A DNA stretch of 64,000 nucleotides from Candidatus Marinacidobacterales bacterium (GTDB lineage Bacteria; Acidobacteriota; Vicinamibacteria; Marinacidobacterales; DATDRI01). Of this stretch, positions 20,926 through 31,700 are shown in pieces. The stretch is taken from NCBI GenBank assembly GCA_965219415.1, contig CBDCNP010000002.1, positions 2,944,001-3,008,000 on the forward strand. Direction: 5' to 3'. Positions within the stretch are counted from its first letter, which is position 1. The number at the start of each line of letters is the position of its first letter. The translations under genes and the position numbers were made by a program. Under the pieces are notes generated by a model. It made no database searches and was not told the origin of the DNA. It saw only the letters and a program-made list of their open reading frames with translations.

Positions 20926-21542
20926 CGCGTCTTTCCCGGTTGCCAGGAGGTGTCGTCCGTGGGCCAGTGCCTCGGTTGGCCCCGAATACCTTGTGGTCGA
21001 GCTTTCAAAAAATCGAGGAGAGCCGACTTCTCCTCATCAGTGAAGTTCACGCGGTTGAACCGAGCGGGCGGTTGAAAGGCGACGTGCGCGGGAAACGGCA
21101 CAGCATCTCCGCCGTAGTAGCAGAACCGTTTCGCGACCAGGACACGCTCGCCGTTGAGGTCGTGGGCCATTCCCCTTTTGTCCTCGCGGTCGTTCTTGTG
21201 ATCCCAATGCTGCGACCGAAGTTGTCGGAAATCGCCGTCGCCTATTGGTGCGTAACAGTTGTCGCCGCATTTATCCACGATTGGTGCTCCTTTGCGCCAA
21301 CGCGGACGCTTGGACCTGAATCTGCGATCCGACCAATACTCTTCGAACGTAAGCGACTCATCCATCCTCATGGCATAAGCGAGATGGTTGTCGAGCTTCC
21401 TCGGCGTAATTCCGACGATCCAGTCTCCTGGACGCGCCTTTCGCCGGATGGCGGGCTTGCAGCACGCGAGCGTGCACCAGCCAAAGAACGGATTCGGCGC
21501 GAAGCCTGAGTCGGCTTTGAGAATGTACGCGTAGATACGCAC
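20916..21542 (-). CDS. Nucleotide modification-associated domain 2 (Nmad2)-like protein
   Basis: GTG start at 21542; YILKADSGFAPNPFFGWCTLACCKPAIRR..GDWIVG..GDNCY..FCYYGG; overlaps the Nmad3 start. Confidence 0.75.
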   Translation of the reverse strand: MRIYAYILKADSGFAPNPFFGWCTLACCKPAIRRKARPGDWIVGITPRKLDNHLAYAMRMDESLTFEEYWSDRRFRSKRPRWRKGAPIVDKCGDNCYAPIGDGDFRQLRSQHWDHKNDREDKRGMAHDLNGERVLVAKRFCYYGGDAVPFPAHVAFQPPARFNRVNFTDEEKSALLDFLKARPQGIRGQPRHWPTDDTSWQPGKTRCG

Positions 21543-21776
21543 TAAAGTCGATGCACGAAAATGAATCGATAGAGAACTGCCCAGGCTGGCTGTTGCGCGC
21601 GACTTTTTGGGCCTCGCGATTGTCACGGGATCCCGGAGCGACATCCGCACACGCGGTCTCAGGTTAAGAGAACTTGACTGAATTCTCAACGTGCGCCGAG
21701 AACTAGCAGGGATTAGCCGTTGGATTCCGCGTTGCTGGAGCCGGGGCTCGCGACCTGATATCTGGCCCAGGCTGGC

Positions 21777-22151
21777 TCATGGGCTTAAGTGGGCGTACAT
21801 CCGCACCGGCACCGCTTCAGGCGCCGGAAGTCGCGTCTTGGGCTCAAATCCGGCGGCGCGCATGAGGGCTTTCCATTCCGATCCGTGGGGACGGATGTGT
21901 CGGCCGTGGAGCTCGCGCGCGGCGAGGTGGGCGAACTCGTGGCAGAGGACTTCTTCGAGGAGAGCGTTTTCGGATTCTTCGAGGAAGGCGGCGAGGCGGA
22001 TGAGGCGGCGCTCGGGATAGCAGCGGCCGAGGCTTCGGGTTAGTCGGGGGGACCACTCGATGGTGGTTCGGGTGGCGAGATCGGGGGTGCTCCAGAGGTG
22101 GAGCCAGCGGTCGGCGGAGGTGGTGGCTTCAATCGAAAGGGTGGCTTTCAT
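21777..22151 (-). CDS. SprT-like zinc metalloprotease (short, possibly truncated)
   Basis: WSPRLTRSLGRC..EVLCHEFAH..PHGSEWKALM. Confidence 0.7.
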   Translation of the reverse strand: MKATLSIEATTSADRWLHLWSTPDLATRTTIEWSPRLTRSLGRCYPERRLIRLAAFLEESENALLEEVLCHEFAHLAARELHGRHIRPHGSEWKALMRAAGFEPKTRLPAPEAVPVRMYAHLSP

Positions 22152-22309
22152 GGCCTCGGGGCGAAGGCTAACACGAAGGGTAAAGCTCGCGACGTTGGCT
22201 GGTTTCGAGTGCCGTTGCCCGTCCTGTGCCAAAACTCGGCCCTTTCGAAATAGACCATAAATCAGCAGCTTAGCGACTGGGCCAAGGGCCCCTAGGCTTT
22301 ACAGTTACC

Positions 22310-23595
22310 TGTGCATCGTCAAAACTGCTCCGCCCACGAAATCAAGGACTTACGCTCCGCTTGAATTCCGGGCCGAAGACGGCGAAACTCCGCCGCTATG
22401 CTCAACGTTGTTGTCTTCCTCGTCTCACTTGGCGTCCGTGCCATTCGGGCGATGTGTCGGCGCCGCGCCGACCTGGTGTTGGAGAACGTCGCTTTGCGGC
22501 AGCAAGTGACGGCGCTGAAGAAAGAGCGCCCACGCCCACCGCTCGACGACACGGAACGGGCTTTCTGGGTTGCCCTTCGAGGTTCGTGGCCCGTGTGGGC
22601 GAGCCGCCTGCTCATCGTCCACGCGGACACCGTAGCCCGTTGGCATCGCGACCGATTCCGACGGTACTGGGCAAAGATCTCGCAGCGCCGCCATCCCGGT
22701 CGGCCTCGGATTGATGCCGAGATTCGTCGCCTCGTCCGCACGATGGCGCAAGACGGCTGGGGGGCGCCACGCATCCATGCTGAGCTCACCAAGCTCGGTT
22801 TCATCATCTCCGAGAGCACGGTGTCGCGATACCTGCCGCGGCGTCCCGCGGAGCCCGACCAGCTGAAACGATGGATGGCTTTCTTGCGCAACCATAAAGA
22901 CGATATCGCCGCCATGGATCTGTTCACCGTGCCCACCGCGTCGCTCCGGCTGCTGTACGGCTTCTTCGTCATCGAGCACGGTCGCCGGCACATCGTTCAC
23001 TTCAACGCCACGTTCCACCCGACGTCTGCTTGGGTTATTCAGCAACTACGCGAGGCGTTTCCCTACGACACCGCTCCGAGATATCTCATCTTCGATCGCG
23101 ACTTCATCTTTAACGCTGCGGTCATCGAGTTCATCAAGGCAACGGGCACAAAACCCGTTCGCACTTCGTTTCGCAGCCCATGGCAAAACGGAACCGCGGA
23201 GCGATGGGTCGGCAGCTGCCGTCGCGAGCTCCTTGAGCACGTCGTGGTTCTCGGTGCATGTCATCTCATCCGGCTCGTGCGAGCTTACATCAGCTACTAT
23301 CATGAGGACCGTTGCCACTTGGGGCTGAACAAGGACACACCGAGCTTGAGAACGGTCACGCACCGACCGTCTCCTACGGCGAAAGTAGTCGCACTGCCGC
23401 GAGTCGGTGGACTGCACCATCGATACGAGTGGCGAGAGGCAGCCTGAGTCAGCTTGGTCGCTCGCGTTACTCGGCTGGTCGCCGAGAAGTTCGTCCTCAG
23501 CACCTTCCCTCGCGCGCTGACCACGCTCTCAAGCATGGGCTCGAGGGCGGTCCGGGCCCTAGAGTCCAGTCCCGGATTAATAATGATGATGGACA
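22310..23595 (+). mobile_element. Integrase-core element A, copy 2; transposase 22398-23447
   Basis: Near-identical inverted copy of 9346-10631. Confidence 0.9.
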
Positions 23596-23617
23596 AGTTG
23601 CGCCGTCAGTCGGGGGA

Positions 23618-24907
23618 TTAGTTAGTTAACGGGCTCTTCACGATCTTCCCGCCTTTCATCACGAAGGCCACGTCCTGTAAGGCCCGAATATCGGCGAGCG
23701 GGTCGCTGCGAACGGCGATCAAGTCCGCCTGCAATCCTGGTTTGATGGCGCCGATCGTATCTTCGAGACGCAGAAGCTCGGCGGCGAGAGAGGTGGCGGC
23801 CTTAATGGCCACCATCGGCTCCATGCCCAATCTGACCATGTGAAGAAACTCCACCGCGTTGTCTCCATGCCTGATGGCGCCGGCGTCGGTACCGAAGACG
23901 ATCTTGACGCCCAACTCCATTCCCTTTTGGAAGGCTCTCCGTTGCCGCACTTGAATGCGTTTGAAGAACGCATCTGCCTCTTCCTCCGGCGTTCGAGGTG
24001 CGAAAACGGACAGCGTTGGGCACCAAAAGGTCCCCCGATCCGCCATGAGAGAAAGGATGGATTCGTCGAGTAACATTCCGTGCTCGATTGACCGAACGCC
24101 TCCCAGCACGGAGGCACGTGCGCCGTCTCCACCATAGGCGTGGGCGGCCACGTCCTTCCGAAAGCGACCGGCCTCTTCTACGATCGCGCGGACCTGCTCC
24201 TCGCTCAGTTGAGGAAGCGGATCCATCGTCTCGCGATCGATGTGTCGAAGGGTGCCCGTTGCATATATCTTGATCCAATCCGCGCCGTACTTAATCTGCC
24301 GGCGGACTTCCTTGATCATTTCGTCGGTGGTGTCCGTCATCACCGCGAGTTGCGGAACAAGTTCGTCGATCTCGGGGGCGAGACCGGTGTGGTTCATGTG
24401 ACCACCGGTGATACTGAGGGCAAGCGTGGAGACGAGTAGACGTGGGCCCGGGATGAGGTTCTGGTTGATGGCGTCTCGTATCGCGACGTCTGCGAAGCCC
24501 GCCCCTTCGTTATCCACATCTCGGAGAGTGGTGAAACCTGCTTCGAGCGCTGCCCACGCGGCGGCCGCTCCTTCCAAGGTTCGGAAAGCCACCGACTTGT
24601 TGAGGACCGGGTTGTTCGAGCTGTAGTCCGGGGCGAGGCAGATATGAGTATGACTATCGATCAGGCCGGGTAGCACCGTATAGCCCGAGAGGTCGAGGAC
24701 CTCGGCGTTGGCGGGTGGTCGAACGTTGGCTCCGACGGCACTGATCTTATCCCCTTCCACCAAAATGAGAGCTCCTTCGATCGGCTGGTCGCTCATGCCA
24801 TCGATCAAGCGGTCGGCCCGTATGAGAAGAGGGTGTTCCTCGGAGGCGGCTATGCTCGGCGAGCCGAAAACCGTCAAGATCGCGATCATGGACAGCGCAC
24901 GCTTCAC
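23618..24907 (-). CDS. Secreted metal-dependent amidohydrolase (Xaa-Pro dipeptidase-like)
   Basis: PGLIDSHTH, GADWIK, VAAHAYG, SIEHG, FGTDAG motifs; signal peptide. Confidence 0.9.
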   Translation of the reverse strand: MKRALSMIAILTVFGSPSIAASEEHPLLIRADRLIDGMSDQPIEGALILVEGDKISAVGANVRPPANAEVLDLSGYTVLPGLIDSHTHICLAPDYSSNNPVLNKSVAFRTLEGAAAAWAALEAGFTTLRDVDNEGAGFADVAIRDAINQNLIPGPRLLVSTLALSITGGHMNHTGLAPEIDELVPQLAVMTDTTDEMIKEVRRQIKYGADWIKIYATGTLRHIDRETMDPLPQLSEEQVRAIVEEAGRFRKDVAAHAYGGDGARASVLGGVRSIEHGMLLDESILSLMADRGTFWCPTLSVFAPRTPEEEADAFFKRIQVRQRRAFQKGMELGVKIVFGTDAGAIRHGDNAVEFLHMVRLGMEPMVAIKAATSLAAELLRLEDTIGAIKPGLQADLIAVRSDPLADIRALQDVAFVMKGGKIVKSPLTN

Positions 24908-25104
24908 GTCTTCCTCCTATCTCTGCATCAGTGCGCGCTCACTCCCCGTGCGCGCGCCCGGCGCCTCGCTCCTCGCTCGGCGCACCCTCCGGCGGCCCAT
25001 GCGGGCCGGGCTCGCTCCGCTCGCAGCAGGCTGCTAGTGCCTCGAGTGCAGGGCTCATTATATGCAAACAGGCCTGTTAGAATATGCTCCCATTGGGTCC
25101 TCGA

Positions 25105-25262
25105 ATGAAAGAGCAGCAAGATCTCTTTAGCTCACGCTGGGGCATTCTGCTTGCCGCCATCGGGATGGCCGTGGGGACGGGCAATATCTGGCGGTTTCCG
25201 CGTGTGGCCGCCGCGAATGGCGGTGGCGCCTTCCTCATCGCCTGGCTGGTTTTCATGTTCGC
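25105..25262 (+). pseudogene. Sodium-dependent (NSS/SNF) transporter 5' fragment
   Basis: FSSRWGILLAAIGMAVGTGNIWRFP..GGGAFLI, cut by IS5 DNA. Confidence 0.8.
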
Positions 25263-25518
25263 GTAATAGACCCGTTGACCGCCAGGCTTACCGCTCTTGT
25301 CGGCCTTCCAGTTCGCGATTGCCTCCTCGTCAAACCAGACCGTCAAATCGCCCCGGCGGCGCAGCCCTTCGTTGTATTCCGCCCAGTTGGAAACGTGGTA
25401 CTTCTTCTGTTTCGCGTGTTTGTACTGGCTGCGCTTGGGATACTTCATGGTCGAACATTACCTCGGCCACCACCATAGGTAGATTTCGCGCTCAGCCAAG
25501 AGCGGTGCAACAACGCCG
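25263..25518 (-). mobile_element. IS5 family (IS903 group) left-end fragment
   Basis: YHVSNWAEYNEGLRRRGDLTVWF..GGQRVY; end GGCGTTGTTGCA. Confidence 0.75.
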
Positions 25519-25620
25519 CCCTGCGGCGCGAAATACCCTGGATTTTGCGCGGATTCCAAGGGCGTCTAAGCTGCTGATTTGTGGGCTATTTCAAAAGGGC
25601 CGAGTTTTGGCACAGGACGG

Positions 25621-26009
25621 GGTCGGCAGCTGCCGTCGCGAGCTCCTTGAGCACGTCGTGGTTCTCGGCGCATGTCATCTCATCCGGCTCGTGCGAGCTT
25701 ACATCAGCTACTATCACGAGGACCGTTGCCACTTGGGGCTGAACAAGGACACACCGAGCTTGAGAGCGGTCACGCACCGACCGTCTCCTACGGCGAAAGT
25801 AGTCGCACTGCCGCGAGTCGGTGGACTGCACCATCGATACGAGTGGCGAGAGGCAGCCTGAGTCAGCTTGGTCGCTCGCGTTACTCGGCTGGTCGCCGAG
25901 AAGTTCGTCCTCAGCACTTTCCCTCGCGCGCTGACCACGCTCTCCAGCATGTGCTCGAGGGCGGTCCGGGCCCTAGAGTCCAGTCCCGGACAAATAATGA
26001 TGATGGACA
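25621..26009 (+). mobile_element. 3' fragment and right end of integrase-core element A
   Basis: Matches 23207-23595. Confidence 0.85.
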
Positions 26010-26123
26010 GGCGTTCCCCTCTGGAGACGGTTGTTTGGCAAACCTAATTCTCAGGCGGGCCAAGGGAGCCGCCGCTACCTCAATTTCAACAATCAGTGGG
26101 ACATCCCCTGTAGGTCGGCCAAG

Positions 26124-27329
26124 TCAACCAAGATGATAGGCAGAGATGACTTCCTCCTTTATCAATCCTCTATGACCGGAACGTGTGGGAGCCAGCAATC
26201 TATCGCTGATCGGGTCGCTGAATCGGTCGAAGAGCGTGAAGCCCTTCTCCTCCAGAATCGTCTGAATAACATCCCAAGTACGAATTCTTGCGCCTCCGAT
26301 AAGGTTGTCTCCGCATACAACCACGAAGCAGGCATTGTGACTCAATGTTTCCTTCACTGCATCGAACGCATTACCCATGTCGTAAAGGTAACGATGGACA
26401 ACTGCGCAAAGCCGAGGAGCGCTAGCCTTTAGGCGCCTCAGCGCTGGTACCAATGCATAGTCTCTCTCAATGGATTCCTGAGGTACTTGCTCCAATAACT
26501 GGCCTCGTTCTGTTCCTACGAAGCGTTCCCGAAGGTCGCTCACTTTAAAGGGCAAGACATCTTCCAATAGATACAACTCAAGCTTGAAGTTTCGGAAGTA
26601 GTCCTGCGCGTTGATGTAAGGCGGAGAGGTTATAGCATGGGAGTGTTTGCCTAGGTCACCAAATCGTCGGCGTGGATCGCAGACATCAGCGCAAACGAAA
26701 CGAGAACGAGCGTTCCCTTTCCAATTGAAACCATAGAGTGCTGAGAGTTGCTCTAATAGTTCGAGGATCGTTCGGTTCGGATCGAAATGCCGGCCAGCTC
26801 TCGAACACCGTGCTTGCCTTGAAATGAAAGGCTTCGGGCTGCGCTGGTCAGCTCTGGAGCAGAGTCTAACCGCGAGTGTGTAACTGAGAAGGATGGCTCT
26901 GCCCTCGGGGCTGTTTCTGAGGGGAACGATCCTACTCGCCGCTCTCAATAGCTCGAACTTATTGAGAGTGCCCTGTGTAAACCAGTAGTCTTTGCCACTC
27001 CAATCAACCGGAAGTGGCCGGATGGATCGCTGTGCCTCCGCGATCCACGTCCTGCCAAGTTCCAGAGCACGAGCGGGATTGAAACCCCTGAGCTTCACGT
27101 AACAGAATAATTCTGAGATCGGATTCAGATCGATGCCGGAAACGGGAAGTCCGGCTTGGTTGGCTGCAACGAGGATCGCGCCCGATCCGCAAAACGGATC
27201 GAGAACGGAATCGGCCCCAGAGGCGTATCGCTGGATTAGACGGTCCGCCAGCTTGGACACCATTTTGGCAGGATAGCGATCCAGTCTCGTGGTCAGCCTC
27301 ACCTGTCGTCGGTTGTTTTTAGAATCCAA
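26124..27329 (-). CDS. Amino-DNA methyltransferase (N4C/N6A, alpha-type motif order)
   Basis: YPAKM, VLDPFCGSG (motif I) preceding ITSPPY (motif IV). Confidence 0.85.
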   Translation of the reverse strand: MDSKNNRRQVRLTTRLDRYPAKMVSKLADRLIQRYASGADSVLDPFCGSGAILVAANQAGLPVSGIDLNPISELFCYVKLRGFNPARALELGRTWIAEAQRSIRPLPVDWSGKDYWFTQGTLNKFELLRAASRIVPLRNSPEGRAILLSYTLAVRLCSRADQRSPKPFISRQARCSRAGRHFDPNRTILELLEQLSALYGFNWKGNARSRFVCADVCDPRRRFGDLGKHSHAITSPPYINAQDYFRNFKLELYLLEDVLPFKVSDLRERFVGTERGQLLEQVPQESIERDYALVPALRRLKASAPRLCAVVHRYLYDMGNAFDAVKETLSHNACFVVVCGDNLIGGARIRTWDVIQTILEEKGFTLFDRFSDPISDRLLAPTRSGHRGLIKEEVISAYHLG

Positions 27330-28249
27330 GTCTCACCGAGTCCTCTGGAATAGAAGGCGTGGTTGTGCCGTAGCGGGCTGGCATAAACGATGGCTGGTGG
27401 ATCGTCTGACTCCCTGATGTAGCTATAGACACCTAGGGTCTGTGGCTTGGTGCCAAGTGGGCAGATGATCCTCGCGAAATCATCTCTCCTAGACTGTCCG
27501 AGAACATTTGTGAGAGTTGTACTTGTGTCGTCTGGATCGAGTGCATCGACCTTGAGGACTGCTTGTTCTTCGACCAAGGCCAGAAGGTCGTGGTTGAACT
27601 GCTCGGTTTTTCCTGTCCAATCTGGCCTGTATGGAGGATGGGGCACTACTAGGGTTGTCTTCATCGGCTGGGTTTGTTCATATACCGCCAACGCCCTATC
27701 ACCTTCATACCCCAAAAACATCATCAAGTGAACAGGCCGACTGAGATCTGGACACGCAGAAAACCCGGGAGTTTGCTGGATGGAAGCGAGTCCGAACGAA
27801 AGCGGGATGTGCTGAGAAACCAGGTAATTTTCTGGCTCACTATACACGACATACAGTCGATCCCAGAGGTCACAGTCATCAAGCCATCTAAGCATCATGA
27901 GCAGATGTCGTTTTGTAAATACGGATATGTCCATCACGACAGCCTTATTGTCGGAACAATTTATAACGTGCTGAAGATGCCGCATGTTGGCGCGGAGGCT
28001 TCTGACCGCGTCCGCTTCGGTGAACTGTAGGACTGTCAACCGAGAGACCATTTTCCGGAATGCGGACTCCATATAGCGATGGTTCTTTTCGCGGATGGGG
28101 TTATAGTCATCGTAGTGGAAGAGGACTACTTCGCTCGGCGACCAACTCTGAGTACGAGACAGAAGGCCCCTGCACCGGTATTCGTGACTAGAACATGTAA
28201 CAAGCACCGCCCCATTGGGCAGGTCCCTTGCTACCAGTTGTTGTCTCAC
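27299..28249 (-). CDS. Hypothetical protein with two Rossmann-like (CARF-like) repeats
   Basis: VMDISVFTKRHLL..VVYSEP and IICPLGTKPQTLG..IVYASP resemble duplicated CARF motifs. Overlaps both neighbours. Confidence 0.55.
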   Translation of the reverse strand: MRQQLVARDLPNGAVLVTCSSHEYRCRGLLSRTQSWSPSEVVLFHYDDYNPIREKNHRYMESAFRKMVSRLTVLQFTEADAVRSLRANMRHLQHVINCSDNKAVVMDISVFTKRHLLMMLRWLDDCDLWDRLYVVYSEPENYLVSQHIPLSFGLASIQQTPGFSACPDLSRPVHLMMFLGYEGDRALAVYEQTQPMKTTLVVPHPPYRPDWTGKTEQFNHDLLALVEEQAVLKVDALDPDDTSTTLTNVLGQSRRDDFARIICPLGTKPQTLGVYSYIRESDDPPAIVYASPLRHNHAFYSRGLGETWILKTTDDR

Positions 28250-30525
28250 TCGTGGTCTCCCGGTGCGAAGGGAAGGCTATCCCGTGTACTTTTGCTTGTT
28301 CCAGACTTCGCTACGGCGTTCTTCAATTCTTGCACCGCTTTAGCTCTCATGCCGGGTTGAAGCAAGCACTGCAACTGCTGGCATTTTATGTTCGTTCTCC
28401 AGCGGAGGCGTGGGCTAACCTGGAGAACAGGTGCATAGATCCGACAGATATTGAATTCTGCGGGTTGAGGATCGGAGCCATGCTTTGGCTTGAACGCCGG
28501 AAGTCCTTCCTTAGTCTGAAATACTCCCTCGCGTTCCCCAACAGCAAGGATGCACTTCAACTTATCCATGGTTCTGTCCTCCAGCATCTCCGGATCCTTG
28601 AGAGTCAGACGCGCAGCCTCCGGCTCGCTCGTGTGCTTGAGTAGTTTGTGCCGCAGACAGTCACCGAGGTCCAGCAGAAAATACTTGAGTTCTTCACCGT
28701 ATTGCTCGACGTTTCGGCTGAGCGTCGTAAGGTTGTGCTGAGAGACGATATGAACGGCCTTGGACTGTCGGTCAGGTGAGATGGTGAAGGCTCCTTGCGG
28801 GGGAGGATGATCGCCGAAGTCAAGATGGTAGCCCACACTCAAAAATTCCTGAAAGTAGCGGATTACTCCCGAGCTGAGGAGTGCGAGCTCGCTGAATCCT
28901 GCAAACCGTTTTTCGGCGTGGCGTCCGCGCTTTCCAAGAATGACCCGGTAGGTCGCTGCTGTACCGTAGTACGTTCGCCTCTCGTGCTGCCTCTCGTCCG
29001 ATAAATCCGCAAACTCCTCAGGCGTGGTCTTGCTGAGCTTTGCCACTTCTGCCAACCATAAGGTCTCATCGACTTCGGGATCGCGAAGCCGTGGAAGGAG
29101 CTTGTCTACGTCGACCTGCTCTGTTCCTTCAAGCCCAGCCATGTTTGATACGATGTGGCGCAATAGTTCGTAGTAAGCGTTTCGTTCAGACACGTCTTCG
29201 ATGTTGTAGACCAATGGAACTCTTGTGTAGTCGTGGATCTCTTGCAGTTCCTGACCTATCGTGGTTCCAGGGACATCTTCGCTGGCAAGCTTCTTGGCGA
29301 TCTTGACTGAGATATGCGGAGGACCCAGCTTGAGCATGCTGTTGACGATTCGTTTCTGATAGGGGAAAAGATTCTCATACTCATCAAGCAGAATAACGAA
29401 CATTGACTCTTTGAGCGACGGAACGTGTTGGCGAACCAGGTCTATGACGCGTTTGAATTGCTCTAGATCAAGGGTCGCTATCGGGACATGAACGGTTTCA
29501 CCATAAATGAATTTACGGCGAATGAAATTAGCCAGACCCCTGTGCAGTCGCGAGAGTTTTAGTTGTAGTTCGATGAACGAAATGGCTCGACCATCCTTAA
29601 AATCCAACAGTAATTCGTCCGCTTCTTCGCAGAGTCTCCGTTCGACGAACCGATCATGATTGATCAAATCGTGCTCGACGCAGTACGCCAATTCTGAGAA
29701 CAAACTCTCCGTCATCTGCAGAATTAGTTCTTGTGCGGCAACATCTGTGAGGATGCCAATGTCCGTGGTCGGACTTAGGTGTTGGGTTTCGAAGCGGACT
29801 CCTGCATTACAAATTGCCCCTCGGGTTAGCTTCAAGTAGAAACCGAAGCGTTGGGGCGCACATTTTTCATAGGGATTCCGCAGTAGAGAATTACGAGCAC
29901 GTAAGGACAGCAACAGCATTGACTTTCCGGTGCCCCTCGAACCTTCGAGAATGCACGGTTTCATATCCTCGAGAGCCCCAACTTTGAAGGCGTCTGGTAG
30001 CGCGAAGGTCTTTACGTGGAGATCAGGCTGGTTCTCAAAGAACTCAGCTCTAAGGTGGCGAAAAGGATTCTGTGAATTAGGTTTGAAAGCGTCGGCAACC
30101 AAAGACGACATCGTCGGACTGCTGAAGAGTAGGTTGCAGATGTCTTCCACCAACTTGTTGAGAGATGCCTGATCCTCTGGTATTAGCCGTCCATATACTT
30201 TGGGCCCAAGTACGGGCGGTATCTTTGTGTCGTCCAGGCGAACGACAATGCACCGCCCACCATCGTAAGCGACTTGATTCCAAACTGCGGCATTGATTTC
30301 CAGATTCTGCCACGGCGCAGCGCGGGTGTGCATGGAGAAGAGAATGATGACCGCCTTGGCATTCGCGATTCCTTCGTTTATGAAAGCAATGGGGTTGTCG
30401 CCAAGAGCAAGGTCTTGTGTATCGATCTTAGTCTCATGGCCGGCATTGCGTAGGTGTTGTACCAACTCTGTCGCAATTTCCGCATCCGCAGTGGCATGTG
30501 AAACGAAGATGTGCGTGATACTCAT
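28246..30525 (-). CDS. TIR domain + ORC/CDC6-like P-loop NTPase
   Basis: IFVSHA..D..L..GD..I..GI..WQNLE (TIR with catalytic-position Glu); Walker A GSRGTGKS; Walker B ILLDEYE. Confidence 0.8.
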   Translation of the reverse strand: MSITHIFVSHATADAEIATELVQHLRNAGHETKIDTQDLALGDNPIAFINEGIANAKAVIILFSMHTRAAPWQNLEINAAVWNQVAYDGGRCIVVRLDDTKIPPVLGPKVYGRLIPEDQASLNKLVEDICNLLFSSPTMSSLVADAFKPNSQNPFRHLRAEFFENQPDLHVKTFALPDAFKVGALEDMKPCILEGSRGTGKSMLLLSLRARNSLLRNPYEKCAPQRFGFYLKLTRGAICNAGVRFETQHLSPTTDIGILTDVAAQELILQMTESLFSELAYCVEHDLINHDRFVERRLCEEADELLLDFKDGRAISFIELQLKLSRLHRGLANFIRRKFIYGETVHVPIATLDLEQFKRVIDLVRQHVPSLKESMFVILLDEYENLFPYQKRIVNSMLKLGPPHISVKIAKKLASEDVPGTTIGQELQEIHDYTRVPLVYNIEDVSERNAYYELLRHIVSNMAGLEGTEQVDVDKLLPRLRDPEVDETLWLAEVAKLSKTTPEEFADLSDERQHERRTYYGTAATYRVILGKRGRHAEKRFAGFSELALLSSGVIRYFQEFLSVGYHLDFGDHPPPQGAFTISPDRQSKAVHIVSQHNLTTLSRNVEQYGEELKYFLLDLGDCLRHKLLKHTSEPEAARLTLKDPEMLEDRTMDKLKCILAVGEREGVFQTKEGLPAFKPKHGSDPQPAEFNICRIYAPVLQVSPRLRWRTNIKCQQLQCLLQPGMRAKAVQELKNAVAKSGTSKSTRDSLPFAPGDHE

Positions 30526-30545
30526 GGTCCGGAGGATTCCTCACC

Positions 30546-31631
30546 TGACCTTGCCCAGGAGAAGTGGGCAGGTTGATTATCTCGCATGAGCAGTTTTGGG
30601 GTCATGAATCCGTTCGAACACCATTGGGCTGTTGTAATCGAGTGACGAGTGGAGTCGACACGGATTGTAGAACCCCTCGATGTAGCTCGCAACCGCGTCT
30701 TTGGCCATACGTCGTGTTGGCCAACTACGTCGGTGGAGGAGCTCAGTCTTGAGCGTGCCGAAGAAGCTCTCGGTCACGGCGTTGTCCCAGCAATCACCCT
30801 TGCGGCTCATCGAGCACGGCCTAGTAGGTCGCAGCCGCGTATTGAGTGCCACGGTCTGAATGATGCACCAAGCCACTTTCCGACAGGCGGCGCCCCAAGG
30901 CCATGTGAAGCGCCTTGAGAGCAAGCTCCGCGCGCAGGTGGGGCTGCATCGCCCAGCCGACAATACGACGCGAGAACAGATCGAGGATAACTGCCAAGTA
31001 GAGCCAGCCTTCCCTAGTACGGATGAGGGTTATGTCCGTTACCAAAACTGGTTCGGTCGTTCGGCTTCGAAGTTCCGGCCGAGCACGTTGGGTGCGATAG
31101 GGTGATCGTGCTTGCTGTTGGTCGTGCGGCGAAAACGCTTGCTAGGCAGGCCCTGCAGGCCCATCTCACGCATCAGCCGTGCCACTTGCTGCTTGCCCAC
31201 CTCGACGTTTCCCCTTCAAGCTGGCGACGTACACGCTCCCTGCCGTAGGTACCACGGCTATGGGTGTGGACCGCTTGGTTGCGCAGCTTCAGTTTCCCAT
31301 CCTCACGCTGTCGCTTGCTGGGCGCGCGCTTCATCTGAGCGTAGTAGCCGCTGGTCTATACCCTCAGGACTCGGCACATCACCCGCACCGGGTAGTTGGC
31401 CCGCTCCGCATGAATGAACTTAAATCTCATTCGCCTTCCTTTTTAATATTTCTCGCTCTTGCTCCAACGTACGCACTCGACGCCGTAGCGAACGGAGCTC
31501 ATCACGTTCCGCCGTCGTCAGAACCTCGCGTGGACCTTTACCTTGATCAACTTTGTATTGTTTCACCCAGTTTCGAAGGGCTGATTCCGTCAGGTCCGGT
31601 TTCTTAGTGATCTGGCCGATGCTGCGCTCGC
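30546..31631 (-). mobile_element. Degenerate IS3 copy (relative of 13238-14500)
   Basis: Same right end tgaccttgcccagg; deletions and frameshifts; 5' end missing. Confidence 0.85.
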
Positions 31632-31700
31632 CCGGCTGGTCAAAATACTCGAACGCCCAGCGGGTCAGCAATTTGCACCTTCGCAAAGACCGCTTGAATC

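Noticed and set aside
20160-21509. 449 aa plus-strand ORF and similar long antisense ORFs (4850-5926, 9521-10516, 54518-55666)
   Set aside because: Shadow frames of well-supported genes in GC-rich DNA, with no recognisable motifs.
9346-23595. Composite transposon or inversion between element A copies
   Set aside because: No matching target duplications in either pairing. Possible but unsupported.
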